A DNA stretch of 50,690 bases, taken from contig NC_068997.1 of NCBI RefSeq assembly GCF_001194135.2, forward strand, positions 39,748,407 to 39,799,096, given 5' to 3'. Shown here piece after piece: positions 1-11,755 of this stretch (position 1 is its first letter; the number at the start of each line of letters is the position of its first letter). The translations under genes and the position numbers were made by a program. The notes under the pieces were generated by a model that saw only the letters and a program-made list of their open reading frames with translations, ran no database searches and was not told the origin of the DNA. Source of the stretch: Octopus bimaculoides (lineage: Eukaryota).

Positions 1-31
<31 letters not shown>

Positions 32-150
32 TATACATATATATATATGTATACCTATATATACATATATATATATATACACATATATATATAAATATAC
101 ATACATATATATACATATATATATATACACGCACACACACATACATACGT
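1..150. repeat. (TA)n/(CA)n compound microsatellite
   Basis: Direct: alternating AT/AC dinucleotide runs. Confidence 0.95.
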
Positions 151-829
151 ATCATTTGTATCCTAGTGATTATATGGACATTGCCAATATATAAAATTTA
201 TATGGTGGCATTTATATATAAATAAGAACAGAATTGGAAGAAGTTTAAAGTTCCCGTGTATCTTCCAATCATGGCTATATGTTTTGCTATTATTTTATAA
301 TATATATATGTTTACATAAGTCATGAACCAATTGAAAATAGCCACACTCATTGCAGCAAAAGAAACAACCAAATAACTGATTCCCAGTATAGGGGGAAAC
401 CAAATTTGGTACAGACTGTGCCAGAGAATGGCTTACGGAAGTAATTACAGAGTGACATTATAGTCAGTGTGAAATAATTTCCTACTCGTCTGTATTCTAT
501 GAGTTTTGCAACCATGTTCTCAACTTATCCAATTTTCACCACAATAACCAGCTGTATCTTAGCTTAGTCTGCGAAATCATTTCAACTATATGCACTCCGC
601 ACAGCTGGGAAAGTCATGATCACTACTAAACGCTTTTTGCAAAGTTTATTTTCACCTTACACAAAATTCCATAAAAACATAGCAATGCTTAGCATTCAAT
701 CAGACACCATTTAATATGAAGCGACATGCATTTTATTTATTCGTTTATTTTTTTGTTAAGGAGAAAACAGGAAAGTTCTTTGAGTTTTATTGATGTATGA
801 GTGTTTTGTGACAAGCAGAAGAGCTTGTG

Positions 830-1125
830 TGTGTGTGTGTATATGCATGCATTCCTGCATGTATGTATGAGTGTATGTATGTATGTATATATATATATGT
901 ATGTATGTAATCATATATATATATATATATATATACACATGCATATATATCTGTGTGGGTGGGAGGATGTACGTATATATGTATGTCTTTGTACGCATGT
1001 ATATATATTTATGTATATACATATATATATGATATATATATATATATATATATAAATGTAGATATGTACGTATATATATATATATATATATCTATATATA
1101 CATACATACATACATATATACATGC
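830..1125. repeat. (GT)/(TA)/(TATG) compound microsatellite
   Basis: Direct; source of the YI/CV/HT-repeat ORFs in the track. Confidence 0.95.
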
Positions 1126-1761
1126 ATTGCAGGTTTGTTCAAGCCACGTTCCACAACAGGAAACTTATATATTGAAAATATGGAAATATATTACTTAAAT
1201 ATATATATATAGTAATTATTGTGTAATACATTGTAAACAAACCCCATTCAAATCTGGATAAGTATACGATAGACGCGTGTAACCGAGTAGCTGTGCGTTT
1301 CGGTTCATGGAGATGCGTAAAAATAACGTGCATTCACCTTACATAGCCATGATTTGATGTAATGGATTATCACTGTAGTTTTCAAACGAATTTTTTTCGC
1401 GTGCGCGTATATGCATGTTATAAATATATAAAGACACATACATATATATATGTAAATACATATGTATGTGTGTATGTGTGTGAAAAAGAGAGAGCGTGTG
1501 TTTGCGCGCGTGTATATATATTACACATACGTATACATATAGGAATATAAAGACAGATTAGCATGCAGGAATATAAAGGCAGATTAAAAAACTGATTGTT
1601 TCAAACTTTGTTATTTTCCCCCCTTTGTTCCTTTTCCTCCCCTCGATATATGCCTGCGTGCAAGCGTGTAAACGCACGAGCTCTTAGATATACCATAAGT
1701 GCGAGTGGTTGGATGAGTATATATAAATATATGCAAATTTATATTATATATATACATATAT

Positions 1762-1824
<63 letters not shown>

Positions 1825-3094
1825 TATATAATTCTCTCTGTATGTATATGTATGAATGTATCTATCTTTATAATGTGTGCGTGTGTGTGTTCGTGTGTGT
1901 GTCTGTTTCGCACTTCTAAAATTTATTCAGATTAGACTGGCCAACATTTTTCAAAATTATTTTCTACTTTTTAAGAATAATTTTCATCTCATCAAAATTA
2001 TGTTTTAAGAAATCTATGCCTCGTTGATGAGATCTAGGAAAACGAAACAGAGACATAGTTATCACTTGGCTAACAGCGGTGAAACTTTCTCTGCATGAAT
2101 GGTAATTTTTTTGCCAAACCAGTCATGAAGTTCTTGTATTACTTTTTTTTACTCTTTCCTTTGAGAGTCACTAACAAATGACGCTAGGTTTTTGTTTCCT
2201 TGCTCTCACACAACTATGTTTTAATACACCGAGAATTGTTTTGCTACGGCATTCAGTATATCACCTCGAGCCTACCGTATATGACATATATATGTTGAAT
2301 TTAACATATATGTAAAACTACGCACACAATATATATCTATGTGGATGAATGCATGTGTGTTTGTATACATCTATGTAGAGGAGGAATGAACATTTATATA
2401 GAACATGAATGAATTACATACATTTTGAAAGTAATGTAAATAGGTAGATACGTACAATATTTGGAGAAAATACGGATTGAAATTGATGGAGCTGTCTAAA
2501 TTGTTAAAAGCAGGAACAACAGTAATTAAGTTCGATATGATTTATATTTAATTATAGCTTCTAATGATAGAGGCCGTTGATGATATACAGCTTCACACAC
2601 ATACATCAATACTATTATGATACAAACGTGCGCACACATACACACACTAACATACACACTTACTAACTTACACATACACACACACACACACATGCACTCA
2701 ATCACGTTCGATACTTTTGCCTGTTCATATCTCTACGCTTGTGTTTTATAAAATGTGAATGTACATACATGTGTGCGCGCACGTGCGGAGGTCCGTGTGT
2801 GTGTTCTTGTGCGTGTGTGTGCGTGTATGTGTTGTGTGTGTGTCTGTCTGTGTGTCTGTGTCTATATGCGTGTGTTTACGTCTGTGTGCGCGCGCATAAC
2901 TGTTAACTTCACGCAAATATGATTCGGTAGCATACACCATGCTTTCGGTAATTGTATCTACGAGTATATAATGGCGAGCAGACAAACATTTCGTCTTGTC
3001 ACTCTTCTTTGTCGACCGGAACATCGAGATGTGACAGCAGGTAAAGAGGGGCAACACTAGTATTCGACTTGATCTAACTTTTCAGTCGCATAAA

Positions 3095-3172
3095 CTGGGG
3101 CAACGGGAAATAAAGAGCCTCACCCAAGGATACAACATACTGCCCGCTGCAGAAATCGAACGATCGCCTTAA
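3095..3172 (-). mobile_element. SINE family 3 fragment (tRNA-like head plus central domain)
   Basis: AAAGAGCCTCACCCAAGGATACAACATACTGCCC...GAAATCGAACGATCGCCTTA is the reverse complement of a head resembling the 46917-47050 copy. Confidence 0.45.
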
Positions 3173-3620
3173 ACATTTGCCCAGCTCTTTACCTACTAGG
3201 CGACCAAGACGCAGGCGTAGTTTTGTGTTCAATAGATTTTCTTTAAAACTGTATGGTGTTAGGTTAGATTCTCCTGCGCGGCAGCTGGGCGAATTGTCTT
3301 CTATTAAAACTTCGATTTGATGAACAGTGGAGTTTGATACCTCAAATGCTGCAGAAAATTGTCCTTTGTGTGTGTGTCTTGAGTGCAAAATAAACTTAGT
3401 AACTGGTTGATATATTTTAGCATTAGCAACATAGCAAAGATTTTATTCATAGGTTTCCTCGACTGTGTTTTATCTGGGACGAAGCAGCATCGGTAGCATC
3501 AATTACAAAAATCCCTATTGGTAAAATATATGTTAAATGCATACACGCATTAATATTCCATATAATATTATATTGAAAGCAGTGAAATGCGATATATAAA
3601 GTGTAATATGTATATATATT

Positions 3621-3941
3621 CTTTTACTTGTTTCAAGCATTTGATTGCGGCCATGCTGGAGCACCGCCTTTAGTCGGACAAATCTACCCCAGAACTTATT
3701 CTTTGTAAACCTAGTACTTATTCTATCGGTCTCTTTTGCCGAACCGCTATGTTACGAGGACGTAAACACACCAACGTTGGTTGTCAAGCATATATGTACA
3801 TATATACGACAGGCTTCTTTCAGCTTCCGTCTACCAAATCCATTCACAAGGCGTTGGTTGGCCCGAGGCTATAGTAGAAGACATTTGCCCAAGGTGCCAT
3901 GCATTAGGACTGAACCCAGAACTATGTGGTTAGGAAGCAAA
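3621..3941 (-). mobile_element. SINE family 1, near full length (tRNA-like head, internal microsatellite, 3' tail)
   Basis: Tail CTTTTACTTGTTTCA..GCGGCCATGCTGGAGCACCGCC..., internal TA/CA tract and head ..CCCAAGGTGCC..GGACTGAACCC..; matches copies at 5851, 6505, 19527 and 33355. Confidence 0.9.
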
Positions 3942-4354
3942 TCTGAAGGCTGTAAATTACAGGGAAGAGCTATACACATAGGTCATCTTTTAATAATAAC
4001 TATAATTATATATTATTTATAATGATATATACTCCATTTAAAGCTACTAATCCTAAACAATTGACCGAAAAAAGATGGGCCGAACTACTGGGAATTGAAC
4101 ATGACATCAGTGATTTTATAGCTCTGTACGCACCCAATTCACCCACAAAGCCTACCCATTTCAGCCAATTTTATTGTACAGATAATTTTAGCCTAGTATA
4201 TATATTATTAATAATAGAATCATTTTAATAATTGGTCCTTTTTTTCAGTCAATTGTTCAAGTTTAGTCGCTTTAAATGAAGCATATATTATTATAAATAA
4301 TATATAATTATAGTTTATATATGTGTATGTATATATATGTATATATATATATAT

Positions 4355-4495
4355 AGTTGAAATTTGCAAAAACAAACAAAACGAAAGATGAAGACGGGTG
4401 TGTAAACAACAAACAGATATATTAATTTATCGCTCGGGAAGGTGAGAAAGTCTTTTACGTTTCGAGCCTACACTCTTCAACAGAAAGGAACATAT
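4355..4495 (-). mobile_element. Short PLE-terminal-repeat-like element carrying an HHR-like motif
   Basis: Minus strand CTGTTGA-A-GAGT-GTAG-GCTC-GAAACGTA followed by a T-rich tail; related sequence at 25330-25410 and tail-only at about 30672-30726. Confidence 0.6.
4451..4487 (-). ncRNA. Minimal type-I hammerhead-like motif with A6U core change
   Basis: CTTT/AAAG stem I, CTGTTGA core, extra A, GAGT/GCTC stem II, GAA, ACGT stem III, A17. Confidence 0.5.
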
Positions 4496-4736
4496 ATATA
4501 TATATATTACTCCTCATATATTGCATTTCACTGTATGAGAGGAACTAACATAATCATATGTGTTTTAGCAATATACATGTCTTATAACATTCCTTTATTA
4601 AAAACCGAACACGAATATAACAATCCTATTCACTTATTGAGTAGATAAGCGCAAACTATAATTATATTTAGTTTATAAATCAACAGATTCTTTGCTGTTG
4701 CCAAATATCTGAAATCAACGGCGAAGATAAAATAGT

Positions 4737-4960
4737 CTTTTATTCTTTTATTCTTTTACTTGTTTCAGTCATTTTGACTGCGGCCATGATGAAGCACACC
4801 GCCTTTTTAGTCGAAGAAATCGACCTCAGGACTTCTTTTTTGTAAACCTGGTACTTATACTATCGGTCTCTTTTGCCAAACCGCTAGGTTACGATGACGT
4901 AAGCATACCAACATCAGTTGTCAAGCGATGGTGGGCGGGGTGAACAAACACAAAGACACG
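4737..4960 (-). mobile_element. SINE family 1, 3' half
   Basis: Same tail and body as 3621-3790; runs into a microsatellite and a gap. Confidence 0.85.
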
Positions 4961-5850
4961 CACACATAAATATATACGTATATATATATATATATTGTTG
5001 TANNNNNNNNNNNNNNNNNNNNNNNNNNNNNNNNNNNNNNNNNNNNNNNNNNNNNNNNNNNNNNNNNNNNNNNNNNNNNNNNNNNNNNNNNNNNNNNNNN
5101 NNNNNNNNNNNNNNNNNNNNNNNNNNNNNNNNNNNNNNNNNNNNNNNNNNNNNNNNNNNNNNNNNNNNNNNNNNNNNNNNNNNNNNNNNNNNNNNNNNNN
5201 NNNNNNNNNNNNNNNNNNNNNNNNNNNNNNNNNNNNNNNNNNNNNNNNNNNNNNNNNNNNNNNNNNNNNNNNNNNNNNNNNNNNNNNNNNNNNNNNNNNN
5301 NNNNNNNNNNNNNNNNNNNNNNNNNNNNNNNNNNNNNNNNNNNNNNNNNNNNNNNNNNNNNNNNNNNNNNNNNNNNNNNNNNNNNNNNNNNNNNNNNNNN
5401 NNNNNNNAAAAAAAAAAAAAAAAAAAAAAAGAGGCCGAATTGCTTGGAAAACAGTTCGCTAGTAGCCATGGCTATTCAGCTTCACGCATAGAGAGAGGAA
5501 TCCTTGGTCAAGTCTCTCCTACCACTGTCTCGTTTGTGAGTGGAATTCGGTCGGGAGAAAATGTGGAGAAACCATCGTATGTTTGTTTATGTGCGTGTGT
5601 TTATATTTACACTAGTTTAGAAAACTGTTGTTTTTGTTGTATACACTTATATCCCTTAACCTAGCGGTATGATAAATAGAAAAATAAAGTCCGTATTAGA
5701 CTAATATACGGATTATGATCAAAATGGTCAATTAAGTCTTTGAAGTCCGCGCCGTAGCGTAGCTGTAGACCAATGCTTGGAATCAGTAAAAGATTTAAAA
5801 CACTTATAAGGAATATTTAGTTGACTTAACATTCACGTTATGGTACTCAG

Positions 5851-6275
5851 GTTTTCTTTTACTCTTTTACTTTTTTCAGCTGTTTGACTCCAGCCATACT
5901 GGAGCACCGCCTTGGAGGGTTTTAGTCGAAAAAATGGACACCCGGACTTAGTTTTTAAAAGCTTAGTACTTATTCTATAGGTAACTTTTGCTGAACCGCT
6001 AAGTTACTGGGACGTAAACACACCAACACCGGTTGTTAAGCGGTGATGGGTGGGAAACGAACACAGACGCAAAGACATACACATATAAATATATACATAT
6101 ATATATATTTATACATACATATATACGACGAGCTTCTTTCAGCTTCTGTCTACCAAATCCACTCACAAGGCTTCGGTAGGCCCGAGGCTACAGTAGAAGA
6201 CACTTGTCTAAGGTGCCATGCAGTGAGACTGAACCCGGAAGTATGTGGTTGGGAAGCAAGCTTCTTACAGTCACG
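5851..6275 (-). mobile_element. SINE family 1, full length
   Basis: Tail, body, internal (CA/TA) tract and tRNA-like head are all present. Confidence 0.9.
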
Positions 6276-6504
6276 ATAAACTTCTCAAATCAGGTACAAA
6301 ACTCATTGAAGCAAGAAGCGCTAATGGTTGGATACATTTCCAGCGATGCACACGGGATAGCATCAGTGATGAAATACAGAACACCAGACCTATGGACCAT
6401 AAAGTTACCCCACCAAGTCGAAGCGATTAGCTGTTAAATGTAATACACCTTCGTTTTAATGAGTCCTATAGTTTATTATGAGTTCAATAATGAAGTGTGT
6501 GATC

Positions 6505-6827
6505 ACTTTATCTTTTATCTTCTATCTTTTACATGCTTCAGTCATTAGAATGTGGCCACGCTGGGGCAACACCTTGAAGAATTTTTAGTCGAATGATCTT
6601 TTATCTTCTATCTTTTACATGCTTCAGTCATTAGAATGTGGCCACGCTGGGGCAACACATTGAAGAATTTTTAGTCGAATGAAACGAACCCAGTACTCTT
6701 TTAAGCCTGGTACCTATCCTCTTTTGCCGAATCACTAAGTTACAGGGAATGTAAACACACCAACACCAGTAGCCATGTGGTGGTGGTGTACAAATATACA
6801 TACAAAGACACGCGCAAACACACACAT

Positions 6828-6921
<94 letters not shown>

Positions 6922-7149
6922 CGACATTGTTTATATTCCTCAGGCTGCTTCTCATACTTATTTGAATCTATCTATATGTGTATGTACGATGAGCTTCTTT
7001 CAGTTTCCGTCTACCAAATCGACCAACAAGGCTTTGATCGGCCCGAGGCTAAAATAAAGATACTTTCTCAAGGTGCCTCACAGTGGGACTGAATCTGGAA
7101 CCATGTGGTTGGAAAACGACCTTCTTACCACACAGCTACGCCTGCGCCT
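6505..7149 (-). mobile_element. SINE family 1, full length, with duplicated tail and expanded internal (CA)n
   Basis: Head ends ..CACACAGCTACGCCTGCGCC; 86-bp tail duplication at 6511-6682; (CA)n at about 6820-6920. Confidence 0.9.
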
Positions 7150-7763
7150 TGCATATATTTCAGACTTGGCCGATAACTTTGTGTGGGCGTTATTGTTTGT
7201 TGTGAGTGTGGCACTGACAACAACATATCTGGGAGGTATGCAAGATTTCCTTCACTGGAATCATTCGTATTAGTCCTGAGTCTCAAAGAATTTAGTCCCT
7301 CGTGTTTCGATGTACACTCTCTTATTAATTCCTGTTGTCTTTAATGATTTCGAAAAATGTTTGCAAGTAGACAATCTACTGTTATCAATTCTGATAAAAG
7401 TAGTCGCTTATGGTAATATATTACAGTTAGAAATTTCATAAAAGAAAATTTGTCCTTATATCATGAGATTCTATGAACTCTGACATGACATTTTAAGAGC
7501 TGTTTTTATGAAGGATCTTGAAGTGGCATTTGCTTTTTATTAAAAGATATTTCCAGATGCAGACCGTCACTAGTTTTGTCAGTGGTTGATAGCGAGAATT
7601 ACTTTTGATTATTCATTGCATGTAGCCCAGTGCCTGCACGTGATTTGATTTCACTTCTGGAATGGTTACATGAAATACAAATGAAGTTTTAACTATGCTA
7701 GTACGCCATACGAAACCTTGGTATTGAGTATAAAGCAGAGAACTAATATTACTTTGAAGTCTT

Positions 7764-7977
7764 AAGGTGATGAGCTGGCAGAAGCGTTAGCACGCCGGGC
7801 AAAATGTTTAGCGGTATTTCGGCCGTCTTTACCTTCTGAGTTCAAACACCACTCAGGGTGACTTTGCCTTTCGTCCTTTCGGGGCCGATAAAGTAAGTAT
7901 CAGTTAAACACAGGGGTTGACGTAGTCGACTTATCCCCTCCCATGAATTTGATGGCCTTGTGCCAAAATTTTAAACC
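7764..7977 (+). mobile_element. SINE family 2, full length
   Basis: GGTGATGAGCTGGCAGAAGCGTTAGC (A-box like), GAGTTCAAA (B-box like), TTTGCCTTTCGTCCTTTCGGGG core and GGCCTTGTGCCAAAATT tail; matches 16637 and 36257. Confidence 0.9.
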
Positions 7978-8809
7978 AGTATTACACTGAAGTCTGTATC
8001 TGGTATCAAAGAAATATTGGTGAACAGTATTCAAGAACACCTTTCCACCCTTAAGTGGTTCCTGTCCAGTTTATTAGATTACAAACTACATCAATTTAGT
8101 AACAAGATGAGACATGAAGAGGGATAAAAACGAGAAACTACTAGATTAAATGTGGAAGTAAAGGAGTAGATAATAATACAGAACGAAAATTACGAGCAAT
8201 TTATTTAGTTTCGTCTTCAATAAAAGGTGAAAACAAATGTTTTGAACCTTTCGAACTGTCGAAATCTGTGTTACAATACATAGTCTTAGTGTGACGAAAT
8301 ACATGTTTGTTAAATATCGTATTTATTTATAACAAGGGTTGCTTTAACATTGCAGTTCTTTCTAGAAGACAGTGGACCACGAACCGTAGCAGGTGTGTCA
8401 GTTCTTTAACCTGATATAAAGGAGGTGAATGACGTCATTATATAATGCATGGATAATTCAACTTCCCTAACACTATTTTCCATAGGGTTTTATGTTTCTT
8501 CTCTGTCAGCTATGAAATTCACAAACGAATCTCATATCTAAAGTAGGTTATTTGACTTAAGGCCTAACATTCTTACGTTCTAATTCCGCCAAGAGCAGCA
8601 TCAATTTTCAGCTCCCTTTTATGGAAGTTGGCCATGAACCATGTAAAAGCAAATATATGCTATATTGCTGTCACTAATCCGAAAAGAATTATGGAAAAAA
8701 TGTTTAAAACACTGGATCAATTGTTGATTATAACAATACAAAATAATGACATCATTTATTCATATTATTATTTACATTATTGCTCTTTTCGTAATTGTTA
8801 CTATTATTG

Positions 8810-8842
8810 TTGCTATTATTATTAATATTATTATCATTATTT

Positions 8843-8892
<50 letters not shown>

Positions 8893-8912
8893 GTTATTAT
8901 TATTATTATTAT
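8810..8912. repeat. (ATT)n trinucleotide microsatellite
   Basis: Direct; explains the poly-Ile ORFs. Confidence 0.95.
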
Positions 8913-9852
8913 AAAAAGGGAAGACATCGATATTATCATCAGTGTCAACAATAGCACTTACCCACCACCTTTTTCAATAATATCATCATTATCCTTATCA
9001 CCACTGTTATTACACTACAGCCGTTCTATCTTTATCCTCACCCCCCAACATCATTCCTTACCATACTTACTAAAGATAGACTCCTGATAGGAAAAAGAGA
9101 TAGAAAGAGAAATGTTGGGGAGGGAGATCAGAACGAAAGAAAGAACGGCACAAAAAAAAAAAATTCTGAATGTGCATCAGAAAACGATGTATTGAAATGA
9201 AGTTTTTTATAGCAGTGAAGCTGAAAACATTGCGTGTGTTCGTAGTTTACTTCCAAATCGTGACACTGTTACAATATCACAAAATTCGTTAAGATATCAA
9301 ACAAATTGAACATTTCTTTTGTCGAGCGAAAGTAAACAAAGAACAGTTAAACATTTTTCTATAAGCTCGACAACTCTAAATAGTATCCGTGCATCTCTCG
9401 TGCATTCCTTCAATTGAAACCACGAGACAGGTCTTGTTTTGTTGTTTTTCTCGAATGCATAGAATTCCTTACAGAACAAGAAATATTTAAACACCAATGA
9501 ATTTTCTTAATAATATTTTTATAACTGATTAACATCACATGTATTCAGAAACTGACATACATATACCCACCACAGAGAGAGAGGGAGTGAGGGATAGAGA
9601 GAGTGTGTGTGTGGTGGAGAGTGTTCAAGAGAGAGGGAGAGGAAGGAGGAAGAAACAGTTGTGAGAAGGAACTAAGAAAGAGGTGACAGAGAGAAAGAAA
9701 AATACAAATAATCTTNNNNNNNNNNNNNNNNNNNNNNNNNNNNNNNNNNNNNNNNNNNNNNNNNNNNNNNNNNNNNNNNNNNNNNNNNNNNNNNNNNNNN
9801 NNNNNNNNNNNNNNNNNNNNNNNNNNNNNNNNNNNNNNNNNNNNNNNNNNNN

Positions 9853-9912
<60 letters not shown>

Positions 9913-10635
9913 CATAACACAAGCAGACACACACAAGACGCACAGAGAAATATGATCTTATACGTGTACGTGCAATATGTATATTCATACAGGCACACTA
10001 TATATATATGCATTCACACAATCATACATATATGACATGCGCACGCGCTCAGAGACACACATACACATACTTTGTGCAGTGAAACAAAACAGATATGAAA
10101 CGTGCAATTTGATGTTATCAATGCAGAAAGATTTTATTTATCGCCTAATATTAATTAATATGTAAATATTATATATATATATATATATATATANNNNNNN
10201 NNNNNNNNNNNNNNNNNNNNNNNNNNNNNNNNNNNNNNNNNNNNNNNNNNNNNNNNNNNNNNNNNNNNNNNNNNNNNNNNNNNNNNNNNNNNNNNNNNNN
10301 NNNNNNNNNNNNNNNNNNNNNNNNNNNNNNNNNNNNNNNNNNNNNNNNNNNNNNNNNNNNNNNNNNNNNNNNNNNNNNNNNNNNNNNNNNNNNNNNNNNN
10401 NNNNNNNNNNNNNNNNNNNNNNNNNNNNNNNNNNNNNNNNNNNNNNNNNNNNNNNNNNNNNNNNNNNNNNNNNNNNNNNNNNNNNNNNNNNNNNNNNNNN
10501 NNNNNNNNNNNNNNNNNNNNNNNNNNNNNNNNNNNNNNNNNNNNNNNNNNNNNNNNNNNNNNNNNNNNNNNNNNNNNNNNATATATATACATTATATAGA
10601 TAGATATAGATATATATATATGTAGACAGATAAAC

Positions 10636-10702
<67 letters not shown>

Positions 10703-10847
10703 GACAGAGATATAGATAGATATAGACATATATAAGTGATTGCGTGTGCATTGTTCTATTATTAAAGTTAGTTACATACGTTAATAATGTTGGGTACGTT
10801 GATTGACCACTTCTTAAGATAAACAAAGGTTTAAGCATCTTCTAGTT

Positions 10848-11098
10848 GAGTGGTTCTGAACCGAGGTCCATACACCCTTTGAGGATCCATCTAAGAATTT
10901 TTATGCCATAAACTGGTCATATTTTTACAATACGCAAAATATATTTATTTTCTTCATATATTATGCTCTTCTTGATAATATTTAATCATAAAAATACAGT
11001 AAGATTTATCTTTAATATACAACGAATGGCTTGTATGTCCGGTAGAATAGAATAGTAATCAGAGGGATCCATAGGTTAAAAATGGTTGAGAATCACTG
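10848..11098. mobile_element. hAT (Charlie-like) MITE
   Basis: Termini GAGTGGTTCTGAACC / GGTTGAGAATCACTG match the CAGTGGTTCTCAACC-type TIR; flanks TTCTAGTT / TTCTGGAG resemble a decayed 8-bp nTCTAGAn target duplication. Confidence 0.75.
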
Positions 11099-11715
11099 TT
11101 CTGGAGTTAGGTCATAATAACTGATGCCAATGCTGAAATTGCTGATTAACTGAGCTTTGAACAAATGGGTCCGAAAGTCTGGATTGATAACTCAAAGTCC
11201 CAAACATGTTATCAGTTACGTTACCTCCAGGCAGCTAGTTTTGAAAATTAAAATTTCTTGGAGTTGAATGATATCAGGGGGAGGGGGGAGAAATACGGGA
11301 GAGAGACAGAGTGAGAGAGAGGAGGAGGAAGAAAAACAGATGAACAGATGGATAGAAAACAGAGAGTGCGTGAGATAAATAGAGGTCGATAGAAGAAAGA
11401 GTAGGAGCAGAATCCTCGGTTCTTTTAGGTATATTATAATATCTTATATAGTAAATTATTGCTCAATATGACATTATGAATTGTACGGGGTATCAATGGC
11501 GCAAGTGTTTATACATGCGTGGTTCGGTTTTCAGCTTCTGATTGCTAATATCAAGACGTACATTACTGAAACACTTTGCAGTCCATAATAATGACTCGAA
11601 GAGATAGCCTCATAGGTAAGTATCTATAAATATATATGCATGCATCTGAGTATGTATGTGTATCTCTCATCTCTGTCTCTCTCTCTCTCTTTCTTATTAT
11701 CTTTCTCTGTATCTG

Positions 11716-11755
<40 letters not shown>

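Noticed and set aside
2003-2056. CTATGCCTC-G-TTGATGA..GAAACA-GAGACATAG hairpin resembling a hammerhead
   Set aside because: No U16.1-H17 site, C3 is changed and stem II does not pair.
3190-3388. Minus ORF with IEVLIEDNSP, reminiscent of the cadherin DxNDNxP motif
   Set aside because: The motif is incomplete, other cadherin motifs are absent, the ORF runs into a SINE fragment and there are no convincing splice sites.
5408-5430. Poly(A) run next to a gap
   Set aside because: It abuts an N-gap, so its source element cannot be seen.
8429-8445. TGACGTCA (cAMP-response element) next to TATATAA
   Set aside because: One 8-mer per window is expected by chance (another lies inside the transposase near 27885) and the spacing to the TATA-like box is atypical.
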